Below are positions 51,613 through 64,000 of a stretch of 64,000 bases of DNA, in pieces. This DNA comes from Azolla caroliniana. Its lineage: Eukaryota; Plantae; Polypodiophyta. Both the position numbers and the translations under genes were made by a program. The notes under the pieces are model-generated. The model was given only the letters and a program-made list of their open reading frames with translations, did not search any database and had not been told where the DNA came from. Each line of letters begins with the position of its first letter. Position 1 is the first letter of the stretch. Where the stretch lies: positions 20,832,001 through 20,896,000 of the forward strand of contig JBHGNT010000001.1 of assembly GCA_043228905.1 (NCBI GenBank), written 5' to 3'.

Positions 51613-53020
51613 ACAGTTACACACAGAATTATCACAACAACGATAATCATACAACTAACTCACACATCATCAGTTTGCCCTAAGTCATATTTATGCTAAT
51701 ATGACTTCTCGGCTATTTACAAATATAGCCCCAATGAACTCTAAGAAACATATTTCGAATATGTCCCTTCATCCGGTGAGCACTTCTCACCGGACCTTCA
51801 CCATCCGGCTCTTGCCGGGCACTCGTCATCCGGTTCTCACCGGGTCTTCCGTTGCCGGGTACACCTCATCCGGTTTTCACCGAGTCTTCCGTTGCCGGGT
51901 ACTCGTCATCCGGTTCTCACCGGGTCTTCTGTTGCCGGGTACTCCTATCCCATCTGGAGGGATCTGTTTCCTAACACATATCTCGTCTTCAATAAGTTCA
52001 CATATTCCTTCGTCAATCCACTTATGTGGAATCCTCGCCTTGTATTGGGATGTGGTGACCCCCAGGTTTTTATTAACCAATCTCTCAGCTCTTCATAAAC
52101 TTCAGGTCGTGCTCGAAGGAAATAACGCCATCCGAGAGGTGTGTCTCGAATGATGGAGTGGCCCATCTTCTTTCTCTGAGTTGATGAGTTCATCACCCTT
52201 TCTCTTGTGGGTGTCTTCTTGCTTTCTTTGATAGGTGTCCTTTTTCTTTCCTTCACTGGTGTCTTCACTTTCTCTTTCACCAATGTCTTCTTTATGGGTG
52301 TCCTTCTCATCATTGTCCTAGTCTTCACTATTCTTGTTGAAAGAATATGCATGTACAAGAAGAAAACTCATCAAAATACTATCAACAACCAACAAATCAT
52401 CATAGCCAACTCAATCTAAGTTGCATGTACAAACCATGTCAAACACTCAAAAACCCTAAACAGTCGGAAAAAAACTCATCCATGTCAAACACACACAAAA
52501 TAAAAATAGACGGATAGGAAACACAAAGAAAACGAAAACATACCAGTTGGGCATGCAACACATAGAATATGAATAATCAAACCCTAAAACTGCAACACAG
52601 AGAATACTTGGAGGTCGTACAAGTTGCAGATGGAACGATGGGTCGAAGGCAGATGGAGCCAAGGTCAAGGCAGAGGTACCACACTATGTTGATTTCTTCA
52701 CCTTGGGAGCACACCAAGCCGAGAAAATCACCTATATGCAAGAGGTTGTTGACGAGGCTGTTGCAGAGGAGACAAGCAAGCATACACAGAGAAAGCACAT
52801 CAACAACAAGAACAACGAGCATAGAGGGGAAACAACAATCTCTGCATATACAGAGTTCAGAGATTGTAAGGAAACAACAACAAAAATCAGGCACAGAGGG
52901 AACACAACAAGAATTACGCAGGGAAACAAAGAATCGAAGGTGGAGTGAGAGAGAGCAAGAGAGAAAGAGAGAGATAAGTAATAGATATGTGTTTGATTTC
53001 TAACTTTCTATTTGACTGAC

Positions 53021-53024
<4 letters not shown>

Positions 53025-53076
<52 letters not shown>
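53025..53076. repeat. (GA)26 microsatellite
   Basis: Read directly; lies upstream of the minus-strand RING gene, where it reads (TC)n. Confidence 0.95.
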
Positions 53077-53078
<2 letters not shown>

Positions 53079-53377
53079 AACCAACTAACACATTCGAAAC
53101 CTTCACCATGTTTGCTTTCGTACAACTCTACCTAGGAGAATGAAGTTATAGTTAATGTATTAAATATGGCCTTGGGACACTTTGATTGTGACGTATAATA
53201 TCTTTGTACATTCGTATTGAATTTATTATTTGAATTTGAACGTCATTCAATAGATGATAATCCATTATTTTCTACACTAATTGTTTTATTTTCAATTTTT
53301 TATGTTTATTTTCTTCCTCGATTTAGTACTAAATTTCTGGCCAGAAGTTGGTACACTGTACCATGCTTCGACCCAAC

Positions 53378-55487
53378 TCATTTTGATTTCAAAATCATTT
53401 TCCGCCCCGGGAAACAACAAGGGAAAGTAGATGCTCTGTCTCGACGATCATATCTCGCACTTCGTCTTGGAGACCTGGCCTTCGACAATCAAAAGCAAAT
53501 TCTCCTAGGACCATCAAAGCTACAAGCAACAACAATTTATGCCACACCACTAGAATCAAGCCTTGTTGATACTATTCGGCAATGAATTCACTTTAATGAT
53601 TTCGCTAAGGATGTGTTAGCCCACATTAGTCCAAGCCATGCATCTTGCTTCACATTACAAGGGTCATCGCAACACTATCAGGAATTCAAATGGCAAGATG
53701 GCTTACTCTTTTACAAGAATCGCCTTTATGTCCTTGATGGATCACCCTGCCTTCAAGTATTGGAGCATTATCATGATGCCCCTATGGCTGGACATTTTGG
53801 TATTGCCAAGACCATGGAGTTGGTGAAGCACTCGTTTTGGTTGCCTCATTTGCAAAACTTTGTCTAAGATTATGTTTGTACATGTGACACTTGTTGTCAA
53901 GCCAAAATACCCAGGCATCATCCTTATGGCTTGTTATACCTATTACCGTCTCCAACTAAGCCGTGGCAGTCTATTTCTATGGATTTCATTATGGATCTGC
54001 CACCTTCAAAAAGATTTGATACTATTTTAAAAGTAGTCGATCGATTTACCAAGATGGCACATTTTTTACCATGTGTGAAGAGCATCAGTAGTCAGGAAAC
54101 CACAGATCTCATGGTCTTCCAAACAATATAATTAGCGATTGTGGTCCTCAATTTATCTCTCACTTTTGGAAGCACCTATGGGTAGGTCTCAGAATCTCTT
54201 GCAAACGCTCCCCGGCTTATCATCCACAAACCGACGGACAAACAGAGCGCACAAATCAAACACTCGAGCAGTATCTTCGTTGCTTTATCAATTATCAACA
54301 AGATGATTGGAGTAATATTTTACATCTTGCTGAGTTTGCAAACAATAACACGGTACACTCTTCTACCAAGGTTACACCTTTCTTTGCCTACGCTGGCAAC
54401 CATCCTCGATGGTGTATCGTAGATCTTCCCGAGGTCGCACGAAACCCTAGTGCTGAGCATCACCTTCTTCGACTACACCGGATCCAGTTAGCGTTATCTT
54501 CACATCTTTAGGCAACCCAATCACAACATAAGACTAATGCAGATCGCTATCGTCTTAAGTCTCCTTTTCAAGTTGGTGACCGAGTATGGTTGCTTAGTCA
54601 TCACATCAAGACTACTCGACCTTGTGAGAAACTCGATTATCAACGCTTAGGTCCTTTCTTCATCACGCAACAGATTAAGGATGCAACCTTTCATCTTAAC
54701 CTTCTAGCACACATGCGGCTTCACCGAGTGTTTCATAGCTCTCTTTGGAACCTTATCGCACCTCTTCCATTCTTGATCGAGTCGGGTAGCTACTATTCTA
54801 GATTCTAAGATTGTGCACAATAAGCTCTATTATCTGGTTGATTGGGTAGGCTATCCTCCAAGTGATCACACTTGGGAACTCGTCAATAATGTTTCTAATG
54901 CTCAAGCTCTTGTCGATGAATTCCATCGCCGCTATCCAAACAAATTGGGCCCTACATTGTTAACGCCGACTTCCATTCGTCGTTCTCGAAGGGGAGATAG
55001 TGTCATGAATACATAAACATCATGGCTTCACCTAGGCTTAAACCCAAGATACATAAACATCATGGCTTCACCTGGGCTTGAACCCAAGACCTTGTAATAC
55101 ATAATCAACAACCCCTCCAGTAAGATAGCCCATGATCATATGAGATAATAAAAACTACTTCTTGTAATACACTGATTATTGTAAATACTTTGGAACATTC
55201 TAGAACATTCTAGAATATCCTAGAACATCTTAGAATATTCTAGGTGAAGAAATTCTAGAACATTATAGAAATCTCTAGGCTATTCTATGGGAACCTATAA
55301 ATAAGGGCATACATGAACTCTCAAATCAATTCGAATCAACACCAGTCTTAAGCTCTCATCGCCTATCTTGTATCCATACTCATTCTACTTTAATACATTC
55401 ATTCTTCTCTTATCATTTCATTCATCTCTTCTTTTGATCTCTGTATACCTTTCTTCTGTCACTCTATCTTCTCTCTTGGTTGTGACA
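53378..55487 (+). mobile_element. 5'-truncated Tcn1-like chromovirus: integrase, chromodomain, PPT, 3' LTR (55001-55487)
   Basis: [52 protein letters not shown]; GAAGGGGAGATAG then TGTCA...TGACA. Confidence 0.92.
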
Positions 55488-57857
55488 GAAAGGCCCAAAT
55501 TTGTGAAGCCTACGAGCTCGGGAAGAAACACCAGCTTCTGTTCCCCACTGAAAGAAACCAGAGCCGTAACAAGCTCGACTTGATACATTCGGATGTATGG
55601 GAACTGTCACAAAACGTTAGTCTTGGCGGGAGCCGATATTTCGTCTCCTTCATCGACGACTACAATTGGCACACGTGAATCTATCTCATTGAGAAGAGAA
55701 GCAAGGTCTTCGATTGTTTCCGGAACCTACAAAAGACTTGTCGAACAGGAAATAGAGAGGAAGATCAAGTGCCTGCTGTCGGATGGCAGAAAAGAGTATT
55801 TTTCCAGCCAATTCAATAACTATCTGCAACTGAAAGGAATTTGGAGGGAATTCAGCTACCGATATACGCCAGAGCAAAACGACGTTGCCGAGAGGAAGAA
55901 CTGATCGATTGTGGAGGCGGCAAGGGCGATGCTTGAGGAGAAAAGCATGCCCAAGTTTTACTAGGCCAAGGCTGTCCGAACAACTGTCTACATCCAAAAC
56001 CGGATTGGGGATAAGGTGTTAGCACACGAGCTATATTTCAGGCGTAAGCCGAATTTACGACAACTTAGGGTATTCGGCAACATGAGCCAGATGAGAGGCG
56101 GAGAAAGCTAGACCCCAAGTCGGAGAAGTGTATCCTTGTTGGTTACTCACATGAGCAAAAAGGTTATAAGTGTTATAACCCGCGAACAAAACAAGTTTGA
56201 GTGAGCCGAGATGTTGAATTTGACGAGTCAACATCATGGTACTCCTTACCGAATCTGACCCCCAACTCTGACCAGATTCCGGAAGATGAGTCTAGTGAGC
56301 CGGAAACGATCCGGGCAACAAATGAAGAAGGTTTTAGTACTCTAGATGAGAGTTCGATCTCATTTCGGCTAGGTAGGCCGAATGAAGAGCTAAGTTGCGT
56401 GCTTTCCCCGCGTAAGGAACCGAGGAGACGGTTCACACAAAAAGAGGAGGGGAAGAAGAAGATGTCGGAGTACGACATCGACAGAGAAGAGTTGGATCGG
56501 AGCGAGTCCAACTATGGAAGGAACGAAGACGGATCTTCAAAAGTGAAGTCCGAGTCCGCCAAGACGGCCTTGAAATCGGGAACCGAGAAGTTATGCCCAT
56601 TGACCCGCCAGAAGAATACCCTAAAATGGTATGGGTATAGTGAGTACATGGCGCATCACTACACATACATGGCAAAGGTGGCAGAAGTCCGTGAGCAACA
56701 AAGGATGCACATTGGTGTGCTGCAATGGAAGAAGAAATGCGAGCACTCGATGCCAACGACACATGGACCTGGTTTACCCTCCCCAACACGGCAAACTGAT
56801 CGGTTGCAAGTTGGTATTCAAGGTGAAGTACAATGCCGATGGTTCGGTCAACCAGTACAAGGCTTGGTTAGTGGCCAAAGGATATGACCCACGGAATCAA
56901 CTACGACGAGACCTTTGCTACGGTAGCGAAGATGACGACGGTTTGTGTGGTGCTAGCGGTTGCTACAACAAGGGGTTGGCATCTTCACCAAATAGACGTG
57001 AAGAATGGGTTTCTTCAAGGCGATCTTGAAGAACATGTCTACATGATCCAACCCCCCGGTTTTCAGTCGGAGATGGACAAGTCGACAATGCGCCGACTAA
57101 AGAAGTCACTTTAGGGCTTGAAGCAAGCCCCTCGAGCTTGGAATTCGAAGATCATGCACGGGTTGCATTAGATGGGGTTTGTGGCCTCCAAGTCCAACTC
57201 GTTGTTGTTCATCCAGAAAGATTCAGAAGGTTCGGTATGTATCTTGCTATATGTCGATGATCTAGTCATCACCGGACCCGTACTCGCTAAAATCAGTTGA
57301 ATGAAGCCCAACTGTCAGATGCATTAGAAATGAAGAACCTGGGGGACCTTCATTACTTCCGGAGATCGAAGTGATCCATACCCCTGATGGCATATTGCTA
57401 TCTTAGCGACACTATGTGCTGAATATCTTGTACAAGTTCGGCATGACTGATTGTCGACCGGTGTCCTCTCCCCTAGACTAGAACCTGAAGCTTCATCCCG
57501 ACTCTGGACTAGCCTGCAATGAGAAACGATTTTGACAAATTATTGGAAGCCTCATTTATCTAACTATCACCTGACCCGACATCAGCTATCCAGTCCGGAT
57601 GATAAGTCAGTTTATGCAGAAGCCGACCATGGAGCACCTTCAATGCGCACACCGAATACTCAGGTATGTTAGTGGCACTAAGGACCGGGGATTGTTATAC
57701 CGACACGGTATAACCAAAACACTAGTTGGTTATACAAATGCTGAAACCAAGAGCCGGATCGGAGAGTTGGATTGTAATCCGGATCAATATGAACGGGTAG
57801 GCTATTAGAGGCCTACGAATCTAGCCTAGGACATAGGCATATGTGAGTTTGTGTCAG
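55488..57857 (+). mobile_element. Decayed Ty1/copia: integrase, RT and a short LTR remnant
   Basis: IHSDVW, YTPEQNDVAERKN, QIDVKNGFL, LYVDDLV. 57745-57840 resembles the LTR interior at ~3010-3090; RNase H is deleted. Confidence 0.9.
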
Positions 57858-60800
57858 TGTTATGGGCATGACCATATAATATCCTGTGGTGAGAATTTAC
57901 CATAGTATTCTATACACGTGGATAAAGTGTGAGGGTTAAACGAGAGTGTAAAGAAGGGGAGGATTACTTTTAATCCTCGGGATTCAGACAAACCATTAGG
58001 CCAAGTTTGATCTTGCCTGGGGAACTTGGGTCTCACTATAAATATGAGGCCTAGCTACCCTCATTTGATGATCTCTCGACTACGTCAAGACTCCATTCTT
58101 CTGGTGGGTCAACTCTTGTAGCGAGCGCGCCAGCACCAAATATGACTCGACGCCATGGCAGTGGTATGGGACGCCGATCAAGGCATGAGTCCGTCGCTAT
58201 CCCTTCGCTTGGGGGTGGTCAGGTGGATCGACACCCTTCTTTCTCTCTCTCCTTTCTTATTAATCTATTATATCCTTATCATATGCTTACTTTAGATCTA
58301 ACCTCTAACAATTGGTATCCGAGCTTTCGTTCTAATGTTTCTTTTGTTGACTGTTTTTGTTTTCTTCTTGATCGATGGTGATCGATTGATATGCGGTCGA
58401 CCTTGATCTAGATATCGATCAACAAAGGAACTTTGGTAACTCTCTTTTTTTCCTATTCTTTCTTCTCCAAATCTAATCATGTATAGTCAATACATTGTGT
58501 TTTTATTTATTGATTGAATGATGTTGTGGTGGTAATGAATTGGCTGTATAAAACGTATACATATGTGTATGAGATCAATACCTCATTTGACATATATTTT
58601 ATATGTGATTGGTGCCGTATGCGTAAGAGGTCAATACCTCACTTGTGTATTACGTTCACCCTTATTTTTGGATGTTTCGTGTGTGTAGAGGCTATATGCC
58701 TCGATTACATGTCTCAATTTCATCATTTGTTGGCTATTTTATGTTACGATTTTTTTATAGTATACACATGTGTGGTCATGTGTATATGTATTTGATCGTA
58801 TACATGTGATAAACATACATATGTGTATATTAGATATTATGTGATTTTGTATATCGAACATTGTCCGTTTCGGGGAAAGGATCTTGGTGGCCATCGTCAC
58901 ATTTTTGTGAGAATGGCGTAGTCACCATCTTTTTTCAACCTTTTTTTTTAGTTGTCATCCCCGTTGGTCACTTCGATTTCGCTACACATTATAACAAAAC
59001 AGTCATAGCCACAATGATGTTGAGAGTGTGGGGCTTGACCCACTTCATGTGAGGTTGCTCCTATGACACACACATCCAACATCCCTCCCTCATTACATGG
59101 ATACGATGCCACCATGAGATCATCATTACGGAAGGCATTTGTAATGACGTAACCATGTGATGGGCCACGTGGAACTACTACGAAAAAAGGGCTCATTTGG
59201 CTTGACCATTAGGTTGCACTTTGGTATATGCCATCGTAATTATGAGACTTGAGGTTAGGTAACGTACCGACATAGTTTTGTAGTAAACCAGGGGGAAATA
59301 AGGACTCTCGACATATATGTTTTCTTTTAGAAAACTATATGGGAAAATGCCTTCGCATATCTCTCATATGCATAAACATTAAACATTCAAAAGGAGCAAA
59401 CCATTTGGTTATGTGTGTAATGTATTTGTTCTCGAGGTCTCGAGTTCAAATGTGACCAAGACCATACACCATTATTGATACATATGACTATAAAATATGT
59501 TTAGACTTTAGGTCTAAGTGCACTTCGGGGGGTCCTCGTAATAGGACTTAAAGAGCTGAAACCACATGGGTGGGCACAGAAACATAGTTTATTGTTAACA
59601 TTTTTTCGTGTTTAAACTATTCATGATGCAAACATACATGGTTGAGCCTCGGGGAGCCGCCATGAAAAAATCGATATAGAGATCAGGGAAAGACATTTAT
59701 TTGTCACCCCCATGGTTTTTAAAACACCTTTGTGTTACCATAGTAACCTAATCTTGAACCTCATCTCATACTTCTAGAGGGGTATTGACGTGAGATCACG
59801 ATATCGATTAATGTTTGCCCATGATATGTTTACATCACGACATAATGTTATGACTATTTGTCTGACCTTATCCTATTTCTTTGCCAGGAATTATCATTCA
59901 ATGGCTCATAATAACGACCCAATGACATCCACACAAGCGGAAGGAAATCCTCTTGGGCCAATCCCCATAGTGTCATATTTTTTACAAATACAAAATTTCC
60001 TTAATTCAACCTTGCATCAGATGACCAAACTTCGGGAATCTCATAGTGCTCTTGAGACACATGTCATTAGTTTTCAAGGTGATACTAATAGACTCGATGA
60101 GCGTCAAGGTGAACCATCATTTGTTGTAAAGCCATTTACGGGAGAGAAAAAGGAAAGAACCGAAGAAGCAATCTTCATGTGGTTGGGCCGATGGGAGTCT
60201 CATTTTGAGCTCTACCCCAAGCCAGATAGTGCGAATATTGCATATATTGGTCGAGAACTAGGGGGTAAGGCTGCCGCCTAGCAGCGTGGGCTCCGCACTA
60301 CGGGGAAATTGCCTGATACCTGGACAGACTTTGTCATAGTTTTCGAGGACCAATTTCTACAACCTCCATCTCGAACTGAGGCAACACAAGTGTTAATGAA
60401 CCTCTCCAACTAGAAATTTTCCTCGTTAGAAGACTATGTTCACCATGCTAGAACCCAAATCCAAAAATCGGGTCTAAGAGGGAACAATTGCTTAATGACT
60501 TGTTTTGTCAATGGCATCCCCAATTCGGACTATCAATGGATAGTGCATGATAAGGATTCCAAATCCTTCGAAGAGGCTGCTGAAATAGTGCTTCGCTATC
60601 AACGCACTTCGAAGAAAGACCATAACAAACCAATGAAGTGCCCGAGACTAAGCAATCACAATATCGCTAGGAAACGCAAGGCACCCAACGAATTCATGGA
60701 TCGCGATTGTAAGCGACAATATCCTTTTTGTGTATTCTACAAAAAGAAGGGTCATACAAAAGAGCAATGTTGAAAGCTCCAACGGAAAGAGTACGATAAC

Positions 60801-61778
60801 AAAACAAAAGTTGCTGACCATAAAGGTCAAATTCCTAATGTCCTTTAGGTCTATACACATCATTTAAGTAATTGTAAATGTTCTTTCCTTCACTATGTAT
60901 TGGGACCCAATGATTTACTAAATGCAAATGGGTATATCAATGGATCTTGCATACAATTCTTATTTGATTGGAGAAGCTCAGACAACTTTGTGAATGATCA
61001 TTTGGTTCAGATATGGGGAATCCAACCCACCATAAGTGATCACACCTATAAGGTGCACTTGGCTGATGGAAGAATACAATACATCAACGGGGCGATTCAC
61101 TCATTAGGAATTTCTATTGATACTTATATAGAGGAAATAGACTTCCATGTAATGAATCTTTGTACCACTGATGTAATATTGGCTTATGCCTGGTTTTTTA
61201 ATAAAAACTCTTCTTTATTTATTGATTGGGTTCACCATTTGATTACCTTTGTACTAAACGATTGTACTCATTTTATTCAATGTGTAAATAAACAATCTCT
61301 TTCGATTGTTTCCTCTCCATCAATATCCGAGTTGTCTTGTTCTTCTTTATTTTATTGTGTACTTGATCCAAACATTCACGTTTATAATATCGATAATGTC
61401 TCGAGTCAATTATCATATTTTGAACAACTCGATGAAATCTTAAATGATTTTCGTGATGTTTTTCCTAGTCAACTACCACATGGGATACCTCCTAAATGTA
61501 ATATAGACCATCGTATAGATATTGTACCTAGTGATGCACCAAACAGTATACCTCCTTATCACTTAAGTCGATTTGAAGAGGATGAGGTATCTAAGCAACT
61601 CAAGGACTATTTATGAATGGGTTATATACATTATAGTAAATCTCCATGGGGTGCACCTGTTCTCTTGGTAAAAAAGAAAGAGGGCACATGGTGTATGTGT
61701 ATTAATTACCGACACTTGAATAAAGTGACGATCAAGAATTCGTATCCATTGCCTAGGGCTGACGATCTAATTGACCGT
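57858..61778 (+). mobile_element. Ty3/gypsy 5' part: LTR (57858-58310), tRNA-Met PBS, long leader, gag, protease, RT start
   Basis: TGTTA...TAACA followed by TGGTATCCGAGC (58313); decayed zinc knuckle CVFYKKKGHTKEQC; LFDWRSSDNFV; [26 protein letters not shown]. Confidence 0.9.
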
Positions 61779-64000
61779 TGTCACGTTGTTACGCGCGTGT
61801 GTATAGAACGAGGCGGGACCACGGGGGTCTTGGACCGAGGAATAACCGGTCAGGAGTAGGAGCAAGAAAGACAACTGTCGTGCTTCCACACACGCACACA
61901 CACACACAGATACACAGAAACCGCAACCGAATGGAACAACCAAAACGAGACGAATGCGTATATGTATATATATATATTCTGATGAAAAAGGGGTTACAAC
62001 CGGCAGGCCGGTGAGCGACAAATCTCCTACGCCTATGCACACGCACACGCACACGGAAGAGCGAGATGGAGACTCTGCCGGAAGCACTCGAGCATTCTGC
62101 GGAGTAGAGAAAACTTGCACAGAGCAAATACAGAGAAAGACGGAGGAGAAGAGCTTGGTCCTAGTCTGACAGTACTTCGTCCTCGACAAAAAGCGATCCC
62201 CTTTTTTCCTTCCTCTCCCTCTCATTTATAGCCCAAGGAGGGAGGCCGTTACAACTTGTTACATCATATTTCTTCTTTGTCCTTTCAGACAGAGATATGC
62301 CTCGATTTCCTACCTATCAAATCCGCACGACCTAGGATATTCACATCAGCCGACTTGTACCTAAATACGTACATTACAACAAACTTGTGCCCGTGTGTAA
62401 GGGCCGGTTCGTGCACATCATTCTCGGATTCTGCCTAGGGACGGTTTTCTCCACGACATCCGCCCCCACCTAACCGTGCATCCACCGGTATGCGCCAAAA
62501 TAGACTCTTGCTAGAGAAGACCGGTCTACGCTTACCCTTTGTCCTCCGGATCGCCATTCACTCCAAACCCATCGTCCTCGCTATCCAAGACATCCAGGTC
62601 CAGTTCATCCTCGTGCCGCTTTTTGAACACTTTGATCCTTTTCCCAGCCACCGGTACCGCCATCCTCATCCCGTCAAGCTCTGCGAGATGGTAGGTCCTG
62701 TTGTCATTGGCGCTTGTCACCACGTAAGGCCTGAACCACCTCCTTGCAAACTTCCGCATCGCCTTGTGCTGGTCATATACTAGAACCCAGTCGCCTTCCT
62801 CGATTTTCTTCGGCCTCAGTCGGTGAGTCTAGTCGAATTGTCCCCTGTTGTTTACCCTAGCGGCCCGCAGCTTTCCCACGGCTCGTTCCACATCCTCCGG
62901 TCTTCGCTCGAGCTGTCGGATCCGCGCCGCTACCAGCTCCTCCTGGCTCATCTCGTCTCTCCAATCCACCATGGCCCATGAGGAGATCATTCGCTCCATT
63001 GGCATGACCGGCTTCTACCCATACATCAGCTCCGTCAGCATGAACCCGGTTACTGAACTGTGCATAGTTCGGTCGGCCCACAATGCATAGGGTAAGAGCC
63101 ACGACCAGTTTCCGACTTGGCCTCCACATGCCCGCACTAACGCTTTGACGATCAGCCCGTGTTTGTGTTCCACCTTCCCGTTCGGCTCTGTATTGTACAC
63201 CGTGGTGAGCGAGAGTTTAACCCCTAGCCAATCAAACAACTCTTCAGCCTCTTGTGCGTCCAGTTCTCAGCAGTCGACTACGATCTTTCCTACGCACCCG
63301 TACCGGCATACCACATCTTCGATCAGAAATCGGCACACGACCACGGTCGTTTTGTTTGGCAACGCTCGACCTTCCACCTAGTTCGTCAGGTCCTCTCGAG
63401 CCAGCACCAGATATCACATCTGCCCCACCCCCATTGGCATCGTCACCAGATCCACCATCCACTTGAAGTGGATGGTCGGAGGGTAGGTCGGGTGGAGCTC
63501 ATCCCGATGTCGGACTATGGAGTGCATATGACAACTTTCTCAAGCCGTCACGAACTGATGCACGTCCCGGTATAGTCCCGACTACCAGTACTTCCCCTCT
63601 TAGAGCTTCTCGAATGTGGCCCATGTCCCGCGGTGTCCGGCCCAAGGACTCTTGTGGTACGTTGTCATCAGTTCCACTTGTTCCTCTTTCTTCGCCACAA
63701 CCCGGAGTGGGATGTCGTTTCTCTTCTTTGGGTGCTTCCATATGCACCCATCCCATAGGAAGAATCGGTACGCTTTCATCCGAATCCGGTTGGTCTCTTC
63801 CTTCGTCTACGCCACGTCCGGTGTCATTGTCTTCAGGAACCCGCCGATTTGGAGCCACTCCCCGTCATACTTGCTCTCGTCGAACTCGTTAAGCGCCGGA
63901 GTGCTCCCCTTCCTTGTTGTTACGTAAGCCGTCTCGAAGAAGTCCACGCCGACTTCTTCGTCCTCCAAAACCATGCCGTCCTCATCATCAAATCTCGCCC
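61779..64000 (-). mobile_element. Ty3/gypsy 3' part: integrase, PPT and 3' LTR (61779-62458), inserted into the RT of the previous element
   Basis: YNTEPNGKVEHKHGLIVKALV, KFARRWFRPYVV (GPY/F-like); PPT GGTGGGGGCGGA; TGTC...GACA termini; runs off the window. Confidence 0.9.

Larger units (their letters stand above)
29690..51976 (-). mobile_element. Tnt1/Tork-like copia element with both LTRs, interrupted by a gypsy element
   Basis: TSD CATAT (29685-29689 and 51977-51981). 5' LTR 51299-51976; PBS TGGTATCAGAGC (51284-51295, tRNA-iMet); gag 50543-51268; protease VDSEASFH; integrase RADNGGEY; RT LYVDNML; RNase H YCDSQSA; PPT next to 3' LTR 29690-31585. Confidence 0.96.
26183..52340 (-). pseudogene. 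Multi-exon coiled-coil + RING-H2 gene, interrupted by the nested LTR block 29690-51976
   Basis: Removing the insertion joins ..YVNLLKTRY (51980) to EHVYDTNQISNNEVGIVFARAFACE (29684), then a coiled-coil, then exon 28710-28917 CIFC..CLHTYHVLC..CMDC (C3H2C3). Further probable exons at 27260-27480 and 26183-27200. In-frame TAA stops. Ends approximate. Confidence 0.7.

Noticed and set aside
52569-53003. Plus-strand ORFs of 144 and 81 aa
   Set aside because: Low-complexity, no recognisable motif; more likely the antisense of the RING gene's 5' UTR or intron.
59400-59460. B-box-like GAGTTCAAAT in the gypsy leader
   Set aside because: Weak A box and a single occurrence; could be chance.

Overview
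Eukaryotic, transposon-dense heterochromatin-like DNA, probably from a non-seed land plant (inferred from Tcn1-like chromoviruses, Tnt1/Tork-like copia and tRNA-Met/Trp primer sites). I found no intact host gene. The window holds nested, mostly decayed LINE, Ty1/copia and Ty3/gypsy elements plus two large DNA-transposon-like units. Main finding: a ~10.75 kb element (3730-14482) bounded by 34-bp inverted repeats. It carries a DDE-type (DUF7869/Sola-like) transposase remnant head-to-head with an intron-containing gene that fuses a ParB/Srx-like domain to a beta-class N6-adenine/N4-cytosine DNA methyltransferase. A second, diverged fragment of the same methyltransferase family lies at 5130-5696. 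A second putative DNA element (Sola2-like transposase plus a convergent RING-H2 gene) hosts a copia > gypsy > tandem gag-only LTR element nest with target-site duplications (TSDs) at every level. Three LTR families carry antisense tRNA-like A/B boxes. All alignments were made by eye; family names rest on motif recognition, not database searches.
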